DNA of 55,980 bases, from assembly GCF_964213995.1 (NCBI RefSeq), contig NW_027592381.1, positions 1-55,980 on the forward strand, given 5' to 3'. Below the pieces are notes generated by a model. That model searched no databases and was not told the origin of the DNA. It saw only the letters and a program-made list of their open reading frames with translations. Position numbers and translations under genes: made by a program. Source of the DNA: Mustelus asterias. Its lineage: Eukaryota. Below are positions 34,101-46,666 of this stretch, in pieces; within the stretch, counting starts at the first letter, position 1, and the number at the start of each line of letters is the position of its first letter.

Positions 34101-34945
34101 ACGGCACCGACCAGAAGCCATTTGCTATGTCTAACACCGTGAAAATGCTGTACTTAGGGCCCTATCCATTCAGGATTATGGAGGGGCTTGCCACTATGGG
34201 ATGTACTTTTGGGGTGACTTTGTTAAGCTCTGTATAATCGATTGTTAAACGGAAGGTTTTATCGGGCTTTGCTACTGGCCATACTGGGGAGTTTGTGGTA
34301 CTAGTAGTGGAGCGTATTACCCCCCTCCCTTCTAGGTCCTGTACACGAGCCCACACGGCTTGGTATGCCTCCGGCTTTATGGGGTACTGTCTGTGTGGTT
34401 TGTGGTCTGGGGTGGGAACATGGACCGGATCCATAGGAACCTTTCCTGTGTCCTGCTTATCCCTGGCCCATACTTCTGTCAGTACTTTACAAATTATTCC
34501 AAAAGGCTGGGGCTCTGTGTCCCAGTCCCTCTGAAACATTTTAACGCTCCCGATCATTGCGATGCTTTGGCAGGATTGGTGGAGCTTACATTTGTTCCCA
34601 TTACTGTGGGACCAATGAATCTTATGATTCCTGGGGTCTATGAGTATGCTTAATTCCTCTAAAATATCCATTCCTAGCATAGTTCCCTCGTTGTTCTGGA
34701 ATACAAAGAACTGGACCGGCACCGGTCGCCCTGCTACCTCTGAGACTACCGTCTTGCTCTTGTAAGCCTTAATACAAGTTCCCCCCTACCCCAACTAGGT
34801 GGGTGTAATCCTTGGTCACGGGAAGGGGTAGGTCGGTCAGGGATACAGAGGCTCCTGTGTCTACTAACATTTCGCAAGGCAGGCCCCCCAGGAGGGCAGG
34901 CACGTAGACAAACTTGTCTCCCTCTGTGTCTATGGGAGCCGCCTG
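31184..34945 (-). pseudogene. pol: ERV pro-pol (protease, RT, RNase H, integrase), multiple frameshifts
   Basis: LVDTGAS (~34855); LDIANGFWS, LPQGFHNSP, QYVDD; AELEAL..VYTDSQYAFG, GNAAAD; H..H..CQRCLIC, WENLQIDFTGP, IIDLFTRWVEAFP. Confidence 0.93.
33491..33723. mobile_element. Palindromic Penelope-derived insertion inside ERV pol
   Basis: Two inverted ~100-bp arms, each with a hammerhead-type core; flanking repeat CATGACCTSGATG at 33478-33490 and 33724-33736. Confidence 0.85.
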
Positions 34946-34948
34946 TGC

Positions 34949-36320
34949 TCATGCCTTCCCCTGGTCCCTCAGCCATTTCAGGAAGGCTTCCTGCATGTCT
35001 AAGTGGGGTTCGGGCTTGGGCTTGAGCCTGCACTGCTCAGCTGAGTGACCTGTTCTGCCACAGGTCCCACAAGCTTGTCCAGGTTCTGATCGACAGTGCC
35101 GAGCTATGTGCCCGGGTCTTCCGCAGCGGAAGCACTTAGATGTTGGTTTAAAGTTAGGGGCATCTATTTTTGAAGAGGCTGTCCGGGACCAGGGTGCGGT
35201 TCGGTTGCTCCCTGCCCCGGCCCTGGCATCTACCCGGCGTGCCCACTGGACTGCGGTATCGTAGGCGTCTGCAGTGACGATTCCGAATTTTAAAACTTCC
35301 TGATGTGTCGGGGAAAGCCCGTCTAAAAACATTTGGATGCACGGGGCATCGTTAGGGTCGGGGTTTTCCTGCCCGGACGACTCATAATAAGCCTCATGCA
35401 GGCGAGTAGCATAGTTGCTGCTGGATTCTCCCTTTTCCTTCCTACAGGATTGGAGTGTTCCCCAGTTGGTGGCAGGGTTTCCCAGAGCTGTACAGACTGC
35501 ACGTTTAAAGGCATTATATGCGTCCCTGGATGGCCCTGGAGGCATTGTTAGGGACTCCGTTCGCCCATGCCCCATCCTGGATCGTGGAGGTGACAGGGTT
35601 CTCCGGGTCAGTGCTGGTTAGAGTCCTCCATTCATCTGAGAGGCACTTCGCTCTGACTATCTGGTGGATATCACGGGGGTGGAGATCGTGGACATCCCAC
35701 ATCTCCTCAAGAGTCCTACAGAACTCTGTATTTTTACTTCGGGTGCGCAGAGTACCTAACTCCTTTCGGATAGTCTGCTTTTCTAAGGGAGTGAATGCTT
35801 TATAGCGATCCTGGCCATTAGCTGTCCTCTGTACTGGGGCACATTTCTGTACGCTGCCGGGTTCGTACTCGGGTGGTGCACTAGGAAGTGCGGGGTACAC
35901 CGAAGACGTGGTGGTCTCCGGGGCGCTAATTTTACGGGTTTCGGCTCATAATTCTGGGATCCGAGCCTCTAAACTTGCAATACTCTTCGTCTTTTCCTCT
36001 AACTTTTCCTGGTAAACCAGGTTCATACGGACCGCTATCATTAACTGTTTAACTAAAATTACTGCAGCCTTTTTAGAAGCGTCCCGCTGGTGGCTATTCC
36101 ACCATTCCCTTTGTAGTGGGAAGGACGCACAGGAGTCCCATCCCTCCTTTCACATTTTCCTGATTAGTTTCTGCTGTTGCATCCCAAATATAAGAGATCC
36201 TTCTGGCCCCCATTCTAGGGAGAGGCTATCCTCTTGCTCCCTTCCTCCCCTTACGTATGCGCAACCTACTTCAGAATCTCTGTCCTGGGGTAATCTTTCC
36301 TCGGGCTTTCCTTCATGGGG
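34949..36320 (-). pseudogene. gag: ERV gag with two CCHC zinc knuckles, frameshifted
   Basis: CFRCGRPGHIARHC and CGTCGRTGHSAEQC; PSAP and PPEY late-domain motifs; MHR-like KEKGESSSNYATRL; 5' boundary approximate. Confidence 0.85.
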
Positions 36321-36854
36321 CATTCTGTCTCTCTTTCTCTCTCTTGCCTTTCTGTACCTTTCACATTCCCTGAGCCCGTACCCCACTCCTATTTTGAGTG
36401 CTTCTGGAATCTGTCAACCCTTTCGGTTCCCTAAGTTCCTGGCTGACAGAGGTATGCCTAACCTACCCGGTCATCCAATAAGGCCTTTTTCTTTATCACC
36501 CTTATTGGCGCACCGGGTGGTTAGCAGGGATATGAAGGCCTGCCATGACAATGGTCCACCTCTTGTGGATGCTTACAAGGCCCTCTCACAATAGGTAGCC
36601 GACCAATAGGTAGCCGACAGCAGTGTACCTAACCGTGTTACAAATTCAAAGTTCTCAATCAGTGAAATTTGTGCAGTAGCCAATCAGTGTATGTGCACTT
36701 TTTGTACCCACTCAGTCTACAGCTGTTATCCAGGTTGGAGGAAGTCCCCTCCTGGTCCCGACGGCGCTCGGATCCTTCCGGACTCTGGACGTCTGAAATT
36801 GACTTCTCACCCACTTGATCCTTGTCACCGTGGGTCCAGCAAGTGGTCGCTTCC

Positions 36855-36872
36855 TCCCGGGTTTTGGCACCA
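36855..36872 (-). promoter_or_regulatory. Primer binding site, tRNA-Phe
   Basis: TGGTGCCAAAACCCGGGA, one mismatch from the complement of the tRNA-Phe 3' end, 3 nt from the LTR. Confidence 0.85.
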
Positions 36873-36875
36873 AAC

Positions 36876-37389
36876 TGTAAGGGGAAATTACTCGCTTCCT
36901 ACCAGCATAAAAGACAGGCAGGCATGAGCACAGTACAGAAAGGCAACGCAAACTTTATTCTCTGTTTAAAATAACAGAAACAGCAGGCCTGGGGAGAGAC
37001 AGCTGCTCGTCAACTGCTCTCCCTGGACATTCTGCGCTTTACAATTTATAGGGCTTTGAACTTCGCACCAAACAAACGGGAATAGGCTCATCATGTATTA
37101 CCTGTTACATGATCAGTGCCTGCTAATAACAAAAAGCAGTGGCACAATAGCAAGATATTAAAAAGCCATTACAGATAGGTGGAATTGACCTGTGGCTGAT
37201 GATGTTGTGAACCAATTTCCCGAGGCTGATCTCTTTCTGGAGGGTTTCCTTTGTGTCTTGAGCTTCTTGCATAATCTAATCAGTTGAGCTATTGTCTATG
37301 TTTCCCCTGCTTTGAGTCTAAAGTGATGAGGCTGTCTGAAGTGATTAAGGGGTGCCCATGAGTCATCGCATTGCTGTGAGCTGCTGACA
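36876..37389 (-). mobile_element. ERV 5' LTR
   Basis: TGT...ACA termini, adjacent PBS, homology to 27375-27947. Confidence 0.9.
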
Positions 37390-37473
37390 ATATTTTAAAA
37401 TAAATTTGATATACACGTGTAAAATTTCCATGGTATTAAGCATAAAAGTCGTCTTAAGAATAAAGGTCGCCCC

Positions 37474-39775
37474 CTTCACCCTCCATACCAGGCAACATCC
37501 TGGTAAACCTTCTCTGCACTCTCTCCAAAGCCTCCACATCCTTCTGGTAGTGTGGCGACCAGAACTGGACGCAGTATTCCAAATGTGGCCCAACCAACGT
37601 TCTATACAGCTGCTACATCATATGCCAACTTTTATATTCTATGCCCCGTCCAATAAAGGTAAGCATGTCATATGCCTTCTTCACCACCCTCTCCACCTGT
37701 GCTGCCAGCTTTAACGATCTGTGGACTTGTACACCCAGGTCCCTCTGTGTTTCTGTACTCCTGATGGTCCAGCCATTTATTGTACAGCTCCCCCTTACAT
37801 TAGATCTCCCGAAATGCATCACTTCGCATTTATCTTGATTAAATTCTATCTGCCATTTTTCCGCCCAATGTTCCAGCCTATCTATATCCTGCTGTATTCA
37901 CTGACAATGTTCATCACTATCCGCAACTCCAGCAATCTTTGTGTCGTCCGCAAACTTACTGATCACACCAGCTACATCCTCCTCCAAATCATTTATATAT
38001 ATCACAAACAGCAGAGGTCCCAGTGCAGAGCCCTGCAGAACACCACAAGTTACAGACCTCCAACCGGAAAAAGACCCCTCCACTGTTACCCTCTGTCTTA
38101 TATGGCTAAGCCAGTTCTCCACCCATCTAGCTAGCTCACCTTTTATCCCGTGAGATTTAACCTTTTGCACCAGCCTGCCATGAGGGACCTTGTCAAACGC
38201 TTTACTAAAATCCATATAGACGACATCCACGGCCCTTCCCTCGTCAATCGTTTTTGTCACCTCCTCAAAAAACTCAACCAAATTTGCGAGGCATGACCTC
38301 CCTCGTACAAAACCATGCTGTCTATTGCTACTGAGATTATTCAGTTCTAAATGCGCATATATCCTATCTCTAAGAATCTTCTCCAACAATTCCCCTACCA
38401 CCGACGTCAAGCTCACCTGCCTATAAATGTCCGGGTTATCCTTCCTACCCTTCTTAAATAACGGGACAACATTTGCTATCCTCCAATCCTCTGGGACCTC
38501 ACCTTTGTCCAGCAAAGAGACAAAGATTTCTGTCAGAGGCCCAGAAATTTCATCTCTTGCCTACCTGCGGAGTCCAGGATAGATGCCATCCGGCCCTCGG
38601 GATTTGTCTGTCTTAATGTTTCCTAAAGAACCTAACACTTCCTTCCTTGTAATTGAGATTTTTTCTAACGGGTCAACACATCTCTCTGAGACACTACCAG
38701 TGAACATGTCCCTCTCCTTTGTGAATACTGATGAAAAGTATTCGTTTAGGATCTCACCTACTTCCTTTGCTTCTCAGCATAATTCCCCTCCTTTGTCCCT
38801 GAGTGTTCCGATTCTTTCCCTAACAACCCGCTTGTTCAGAACATATGTATAAAATGCCTTAGGATTCTCCTTAATCCTGTCTGCCAAGGACATTTCGTGA
38901 CCCCTTTTTGCCCTTCTATCTCCCTGTTTAGGTTATTTTCTGCTTTCTCTGTATTCCTCCAGTGCTCCATCTGTTTTTAGCTGCCTGGACCTCATGTATG
39001 CCTCTTTTTTCTTTTTGATTAGACCCACAATTTCACTGGTTATCCACGGCTCTCGATTCCTACCTTTCCTATCCTTCCTCTTTACAGGCGCATGCTTGTC
39101 CTGCAGTCCTATCAACTGCTACTTAAAATACTCCCACACGCCAGTTGTGGATTTATCCTCGAACTGCCTCTCCCAATCAACAGCCACCAAATCCTGCCTA
39201 ATCCGGCTTTAGTTAGCCTTCCCCCTATTCAGCACCTTACCCAAAGGACAAGACTCATCTTTTTCCATTACTATCCTAAAGTTTACAGAATTGTGGTCAC
39301 TATTTGCCACATGTTCCCCCACTGAAACTTTGATGACCTGACCGGGCTCATTCCCCAGGACTAGGTCCAGTATAGCCCCCTTTCAATTGCCCTGTCAACA
39401 TATTATTCCAAAGGACCTTCCTGTACGCATTTTATAAATTCTTCCCCGTCCAGGTACCCAGCCCTAAGCGATTTCCAGTCTATGTGAGGGAAATTAAAGT
39501 CTCCCACTACAACAACCCTATTTTTTCTGTACCTGTCCAGAATCTCCTTACATATCCGTTCTTCAACTTCCCGTGGGCTGTTGGGAGGCCCGGAGTATAC
39601 CCCCAGCATAGTGACTGCGCCCTTCCTGTTTCTGAGCTCCACCCACAGTGACTCGTTACCTGACCCTTCCAAATTGTCCACCCTCTGTACCGCTGTAATA
39701 TGCTCCCTAACCAGCATTGCTCTCATAGCCCCTCCTCTGTCTCGCCTAAAACACTTATACCCTGGAATATTCAAA
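37474..39775 (-). mobile_element. CR1-type LINE ORF2 fragment (APE + RT), decayed
   Basis: VVVGDFNFP, VPEDWRIANVVPLFKKG, FSKAFDKVPH, KFADD; stops and frameshifts. Confidence 0.92.
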
Positions 39776-41400
39776 TCCTAATTGAATGGCGCATGCCTAA
39801 TTGACAGGGGGCACTCCTAATTGACAGGTGGCACGCCTAACTGACAGGGGGAACTCCTAATTGACAAGGGCACTCCTGATTGACGGGGGGCCCTCCTAAT
39901 TGACAGGGGCACTCCTAATTGAGACTCAGCACTCGTAACTGAAAGAGTCGCTGCTCCAAATCTAAATAAGTTGCATTCCAAACCGCTATAAGTGCACTCC
40001 AAATCGAGATAGGGGGCACTCCAAATCGAGATAGGGGGCATTCCTAATGGAGATATAGGTGGCATTCCAATCGAGATAGGGGGCACTCCAAATCGAGATA
40101 TGGCGCGCACTCCAAACCAAGATAGGGTGGGCACTCCAATTCGAGATAGGGGGCACTCCAAATCGAGATATGGGGGGCATTCCAAACCGAGATATGCAGG
40201 GCACTCCAAATCGTGATACGGGGAGGTTGGAAAACTCCAAATCGAGATATGGGGGGCACTCCAAATCGAGGGATTGGAGGATCTTCAAATCGAGATATGG
40301 GAGGAACCGCAAACCCAGATATGGGGGCACTCCAAATCGGGATATGGGGGTGCACTCCAACTCGAATGGGGGAAATCCAATTCGAGATAATGGCACACCT
40401 AGTCAAGGTAGGGGCATGCCTAATTGACAGAGGGCACTCATAATAGACAAGGGACACTCATAATTAACAAGGGGCACTCATAATTGACCCAGCCTCTCCT
40501 AATCGAAATAGTGAGCACTCCAAATTGAGATGGGAGCATTCCAAATCAAAATAGGGGGCATTCCAAATCGAGATATAGGGCATTCCTAATTGACCCGGGG
40601 CACTGGAAATTGACATTTGGAACTCATAATCGATCGGGGGCACTCCGAGTTGACACTGGCACATAATTGACAGGGGGCGCACCTAATTCACCCAGGTATT
40701 CCTGATTGGCGGGCCACCCCTAATTGACAGGGTCACCCCTAATTGACGAGGCCACCCGTAATTGACAGGGGGCCCTCCTAATTGACATTGGGGCACTCCT
40801 CATAGTCATGGGGGGGGGGGGGCGGGCACTTGTCATCGAGATGTGGGGCACTTGTCATCGAGACAGGGAACACTCTAAATCGAGATGGGGGTCACTCCAA
40901 ATCGAGATAGGAGATGCTCCTAATTGAGATCGGGGGCACTCCAAATCGAGATAGGGGTCACTACAAATCGACACGTGTACTGGTAATTCACAGGGGGCAC
41001 ACCTAATTGACCTGAGCAGTCAGAAATGACAGGGGGTACTCATAATGGAGACTGGTATTCCTAATTGTCTGGTGGCACTCAAAATGGGCAGGGGGCACTC
41101 AGAATTGACAGGGGGCAATCCTAATTGACCAGGGCACTCATAATTCACCCGGAATTGACAGGGGTCACTCCTAATTGACTCGGGCACTCATATTTGAGAT
41201 TCGGGCACTCATAATTATTCGCTGCTCCCATAACTGAAATAGTCGGTCTCCAAATCTAAATTGAGATAGAAGGCTCTTATTCGAGTTAGGGGATGCTCCA
41301 AATTGGGATGGGGTACTCTAAATCAGGATAGTGAGCAATCTAAATTGAGATAAGGCACACTTCAAATTGAGATAGAGGTCTCTCTTATTGGAGATGGGGG
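39776..41400. repeat. Degenerate ~20-22 bp satellite with two alternating unit types
   Basis: Blocks of CTAATTGACAGGGGGCACTC and CCAAATCGAGATAGGGGGCACT. Confidence 0.9.
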
Positions 41401-41574
41401 AAGCCGGGAGTTGTGGGTGTTGCTGGATGTTTACTCTGGGCTCTGAGAGCCTCATTCCCCCATCATTAAGAGCAAAGGTGCTGCAGCAGGAGCATCAAGA
41501 GCACCCGGGGCAGCTGCCAATGAAATAAATAACAAGACACTGTTTGTGGTGCTGCCCAAATGGAAGAGTAGTGG

Positions 41575-42053
41575 GAGTAGTGGTCTGGGTAGTGGGGCGG
41601 TTGGGGGGTGAATAAGGGATACACACACAGATCACTGTTTCCCTTATTCACCACACCCCGCTACCCAGACCGATCGCCACTCCTGCCCCCTTCCCCCCAC
41701 CGATCGCCCGCAGAGTGACAGCGGACCCCCTGCACCCCCACCAGAGATCCATCTGCGCCCCCGCCCCCACCGCCCGAGATACACCCTCGCTCCTGCTTGT
41801 CACTCCGGGTCCGCTTTCTGTGCTTTCTGCGGGTCGGGTGCGGTCCGACACGGGCGCACTTTCTCCAATTTATTTCTAACTGCGCATGATCAGTTCCGAG
41901 ATCTGATCGTTCCGGCCGCACTAAGCCCCGTCCACAGCGGGAATAGGACTGGAGATGGCTGAAAGTGTATGGGGGCGTCTGGAAGCAGACTTCTAAGTCG
42001 GATCCGTACTTTACCCAGATTTCACTTAGAATGAAAATAGTAAAATCGGGCCC
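41575..42053. mobile_element. GC-rich non-autonomous repeat (same family as 51011-52330, opposite orientation)
   Basis: 41930-42053 is the reverse complement of 51011-51135; terminus GGGCCCGATTTTAC. Confidence 0.6.
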
Positions 42054-42317
42054 TCTGTGTTAAATGCAAATATAATTCTCTAAGTTGAGAGAGACACCAA
42101 TCTTGTAAATGCATTTTCGTGAAATCTAATACAACTGGGTCCAATTCATTACAAGCATTATCATACAGTATCTTGTTTGTATTTATTATAACGAAACCAT
42201 TTTGAGGTGCAGGACACGAATACTTAATTGGTGGAGATGAGGGAGTAGAGCAAAATTCATATTCAAATGTACCATGTGCCAAGGAGGGTACCGAAGGGTT
42301 AGGTTAACTATCTAATG

Positions 42318-42740
42318 TACTGACCCTCTGACATTGCAGCACCAGCTCAGTACTGACTCTCTGACAGTGCGGCATTCCCTCAGTACTGACCCTCTGACAG
42401 TGCGGTGCTCTCTCAGTACTGACCCTCTGACAATGCAGCACTCCCTCAATCTGACCCTCTGACAGTGCAGCACTCCCTCAGTCCTGATCCTCTGGTAGTG
42501 CAGCACTCCCTCAGTACTGACCCTCCCACAGTGCAGCACTCCCTCAAACTGGCCCTCTGACAGTGCGGCACTCCCTCAGGACTGATCCTCTGACAGTGCG
42601 GTGCTGTCTCAGCACTGACCCTCTGACAATGCAGCACTCCTTCAATCTGACCCTCTGACAGTGCGGAACTCCCTTAGTACTGATCCTCTGACAGTGCAGC
42701 TCTCCCTCAGTACTGATCCTCTGACAGTGCGCCCTCAGTA
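42318..42740. repeat. ~33-bp minisatellite
   Basis: (CAGTACTGACCCTCTGACAGTGCAGCACTCCCT)n, about 13 copies. Confidence 0.92.
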
Positions 42741-42769
42741 GTGCACCAGTGTTTGCCTCAAGTGTTCAG

Positions 42770-44220
42770 GTCTCTGGAACATTCCCAGTGAACTACCACT
42801 GCTAGACAGAGACAAACACATTGTGAAGAGCAAGGGCAATTGACAGAGACTGGAGAAGAATTGAACAGGTAACTTGCTGGAATTCAGGAACATTCAATAC
42901 AGTAAGTGGTTTCTCGACTCTGTTGGTGAAGCAGTTGATGTAATCCAGGCCTGTGTTAACTCGAGTGAGGCGAGGTGCTCTCCCTATCTCTTTCTGTAAG
43001 GTAGCACTGAGTTCCCTGTCACTGATATGGACAATGGGCCAACTTCTCCCCACAGTAACAAAGTCAGAGTGTTGGAAAGAGGACCATTACCTTCGTTCAC
43101 GGGGAAAAAATTATCCGGGAGATCTCCTGGTTTCTTCAACTCCTGGCAATCCTCCCTGGTATCCACCCCCATAGACGGCAGCCGGAGCAGATGGTTTTTC
43201 GGGGTCGGGACATTCCCCTCATCTCTCTCTCACATTCTGAACTCCTTTCAGGATGAAGAACCTCCTGGGGTTCCCCTTAATAGCTTTCCAAAAAAGCGAT
43301 GGAGACTCAATTAAGGAAAGTTGGCCTGTCAGCTACAACTCTCACCAGCTTCTCCAGATGCAGCAGATAAAACATTCTTTCTGATTATATCACAGCTTGA
43401 TATGGTTGCTGCTCTGCCCAAGACAGCAAGAAACTACAAACGATCATGAACAAAACCCAGTCCATCACTCAAACCAGCCTCCCATTCATTGACTCCATCG
43501 ACACTTCCCGCTGCCTCGGGAAAGGCAGCCTGTATAATTAAGGACCCTACGCACCCCGGACATTCACCCTTCCACCTTCTTCCGTCAGGAAAAAAGATAC
43601 AAAAGTCTGAGGGTACGTACCAACGGACTCAAACACAGCTTCTTCCCTGCTGCTGTCAAACTTTTGAATGGTCCTACCTTGCATTAAGTTGGTCTTTATC
43701 TACACCCTTGCTGTGACTGTAACACTACATTCTGCACTCTCTCGTTTCCTTTTCCTCTACGTACTCTATGAACGGTATGTTTTGTCTGCATAGTGCGCAA
43801 GAAACAAAACTTTTCGCAATACATGCGACAATAATAAATCAAATTAAATAAGGGTTTCACGATTCTCCAACCTTTGTAATCCCTTCTGAGTTATTCAAGG
43901 TTCTCCAGGGTCAAAAGTTTTACCTTCAGCTTCAGTGTACGCCTCGCCCACTTTGTGGGTTTTCAGTTGGTGATGCTCGTCCAGGAGGAGACAGTGGTCA
44001 GAAGAGAATGCCGGCTTGGCATCGGTGGACATTACTGTGAACTTTTGCGACAGGAGGGCCATCCTGGAGCGGACAGACCCATCTGGCAGCAACCATGCTG
44101 ATCTATACTGCACTCCATCTGCAGGGTTGTTGAAGACATCGTATTTCTTTGATTCTTTCTCTCATTGCTGACAGTGCGTAGTTTGCTGTCAGCCCTGCCT
44201 TATCTTCGAGTCTCCATCTT
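42770..44220. mobile_element. Degraded Tx1/L1-like LINE remnants (minus) interrupted by a Rex1-like 3' end (~43370-43850, plus)
   Basis: W..PDGSVRSR and FSSDHCLL endonuclease remnants; IIKDPTHPGH..F.LLPSG C-terminal motif. Confidence 0.5.
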
Positions 44221-45169
44221 GTGCTTAATCCTGCCCCAGCTGTGTGAGTTTGCTGGGTTAACCCCACACTCCAGTGACAGTTTACACAGGGCTTTTATTT
44301 GTTTGAAATCAAAATGTTAATCAGTCATTGTCTGTTTCTTTGCCACCATGTTTTGTGTGTGCGTGTGTGTGTTTTCTATATGTGTGTGCGTGTGTGTGTG
44401 TGTTCTATATGTGTGTGTGTGTCTCTGTCCAAGTTTATGTGTGTGTGCTTCTGTGTTCCGCAGTGTCAATTTTCCAGAATGTCACTCCATGATGAAATTG
44501 GTCATGAATTCTAAAACTGCCTGTGGCCCATTGCAAATCCACAATCATTTTAATATTAGCGAATCTTTCCCTGCGTCTCTCTGTGTGTCTGTCTCCATTA
44601 GACACTTGGTCAATTTGTCCGTCTCTGTCTCTCCCACATTGCCAGTCTCTCACATGCAGAGCTCTCGCTCTCTCACACACAGACAAAATCTCGCTGACAC
44701 GCACACCCTCTCACAAACACATTCTCTCACACTATCTCACACAGCCAATCACACACTGAGTCAGTAAATCTTACACTCTCACACTCAAAGACAGATACTC
44801 ATACACATGCACACACGCATGCACGCTCAGAGTAACAAACTCTGACACCCAATCACACATCTCACACTCAATTGGAGATTAAAAGGGTTAGAATGGATCT
44901 TATATCAATGATAAATTTCTAACAGGATTAGACAGGGTGGATTCCGAAAGACTGTTCCCGATGGTGGGGGCGTCCGGAACTAGGGGTCATAGTTTGAGGA
45001 TAAGGGGTAAACCTTTTAGAACTGAGGTGAGGAGATTTTCTTTTCATCCAGAGGGTGATTCATGTGTGAAATTCGCGACCACCAACTCTCTCACACATAC
45101 ACACACGCATAGGCTCACTCACACATGCTCACAAACACAATCTCACTGATAATCTCTCTCTCTCTCTCG

Positions 45170-45204
<35 letters not shown>

Positions 45205-45244
45205 GCACAAACAGACACAAGAGAACGCAAACATACACACAATC

Positions 45245-45550
45245 AAAGAACAAAAAACACTGCAGCACAGGAACAGGCCGGCCCACCAAGCCTGCGCCGA
45301 TCATGTTTACCTATCCTGATCAACCGCTTATATCCCGCTATTCCCCGCTTGTTCATATGCCTATCAAGATATGTCTTAAATGTGGCTGAAGTGACTGCAT
45401 CAGTTGGCAGTGCGTTCAAGGCCCCCACCACCCTCTGTGTAAAAACCTTCCCCCGCACATCTCCACTGAATCTTTCCCTCCTTATCTTGAACTTCTGACC
45501 CCTTGTAGTTGTCACGTCTGCCCTGGGAAAAAGCTTACAACTGTTCACCT
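45245..45550 (-). mobile_element. CR1-type LINE 3' end
   Basis: FTQRVVGALNALP..TFKTYLDRHM plus tail. Confidence 0.8.
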
Positions 45551-46166
45551 TATGTATAGAACATAGAACAGTACAGCACAGAACAGGCCCTTCGGCCCAC
45601 GATGTTGTGCCGAGCTTTATCTGAAATCAAGATCAAGCGATCGCATTCCCTATCATCCTGGTTTGCTCCATGTGCCTATCCAATAACCGCGTAAATGATC
45701 CTAAAGTGTCTGACTCCACTATCACTGCAGACAGTCCATTCCACACCCCAACCACTCTCTGCGTAAAGAACCTAACTCTGATATCCTTCCTATATCTCCC
45801 ACCATGAACCCTATAGTTATGCCCCCTTGTAATAGCTCCATCCACCCGAGGAAATGGTCCTTGAACGTTCACTCTATCTATCCCCTTCATCATTTTGTAA
45901 ACCTCTATTAAGTCTCCCCTCAAGTTCCTCCGCTCCAGAGAGAACAGCCCTAGCTCCCTCAACCTTTCCTCATAAGACCTACCCTCCAAACCAGGCAGCA
46001 TCCTCGTAAATCCCCTCTGCACTCTTTCCAGCGCTTCCAAATCCTTCTTATAGTGAGGTGACCAGAACTGCACACAATATTCCAAATGTGGTCTCACCAA
46101 GGTCCTGTACAGTTGCAGCATAACCACACGGCTCTTAAACTCCAACCCCCTGTTAATAACAGCTAA

Positions 46167-46666
46167 GCTGTGGAGATGCTGGCGTTGGACTGGGGTAAAC
46201 ATAGTAAGAAGTCTCACAACACCAGGTTAAAGTCCAACAGATTTATTTGGTAGCAAATACCATAAGCTTTCGGAGCACTGCTCCTTCGTCAGATGGAGTG
46301 CAAATGTGCTCTCAAACAGTGCACAGACACAGAAATCAAGTTACAGAATACTAATTAGAATGCGAATCTCTTCAGCCAGCCAGGTCTTAAAGGTACAGAC
46401 AATGTGGGTGGAGGGAGCATTCAACACAGGTTAAAGAGATGTGTATTGTCTCCAGACAGAGCAGCTAGTGAGATTCTGCAAGATCAGGGGGCAAGCTGTG
46501 GGGGTTACTGATAATGTGACATAAATCCAACATCCCGGTTTAGGCCGTCCTCATGTGAGCGGAACTTGGCTATCAGTTTCTGCTCAGCGACTCTGCGCTG
46601 TCGTGTGTCGTGAAGGCCGCCTTGGAGAACGCTTACCTGAAGATCCCAGGCTGAATGCCCGCGACT
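46167..46666 (-). mobile_element. 5'-truncated Penelope-like element nested in CR1
   Basis: Reverse complement of ~6440-6900; hammerhead at 46261-46300; flanking repeat ACAGCTAA (46159-46166, 46667-46674). Confidence 0.9.

Noticed and set aside
39817-40682. Repetitive ORFs (LDLECPPY...)
   Set aside because: Translations of the satellite, open in several frames and on both strands.
42318-42740. RSS-like GACAGTG/CACAGTG motifs in the 33-bp minisatellite
   Set aside because: No nonamers, and mostly GAC rather than CAC.
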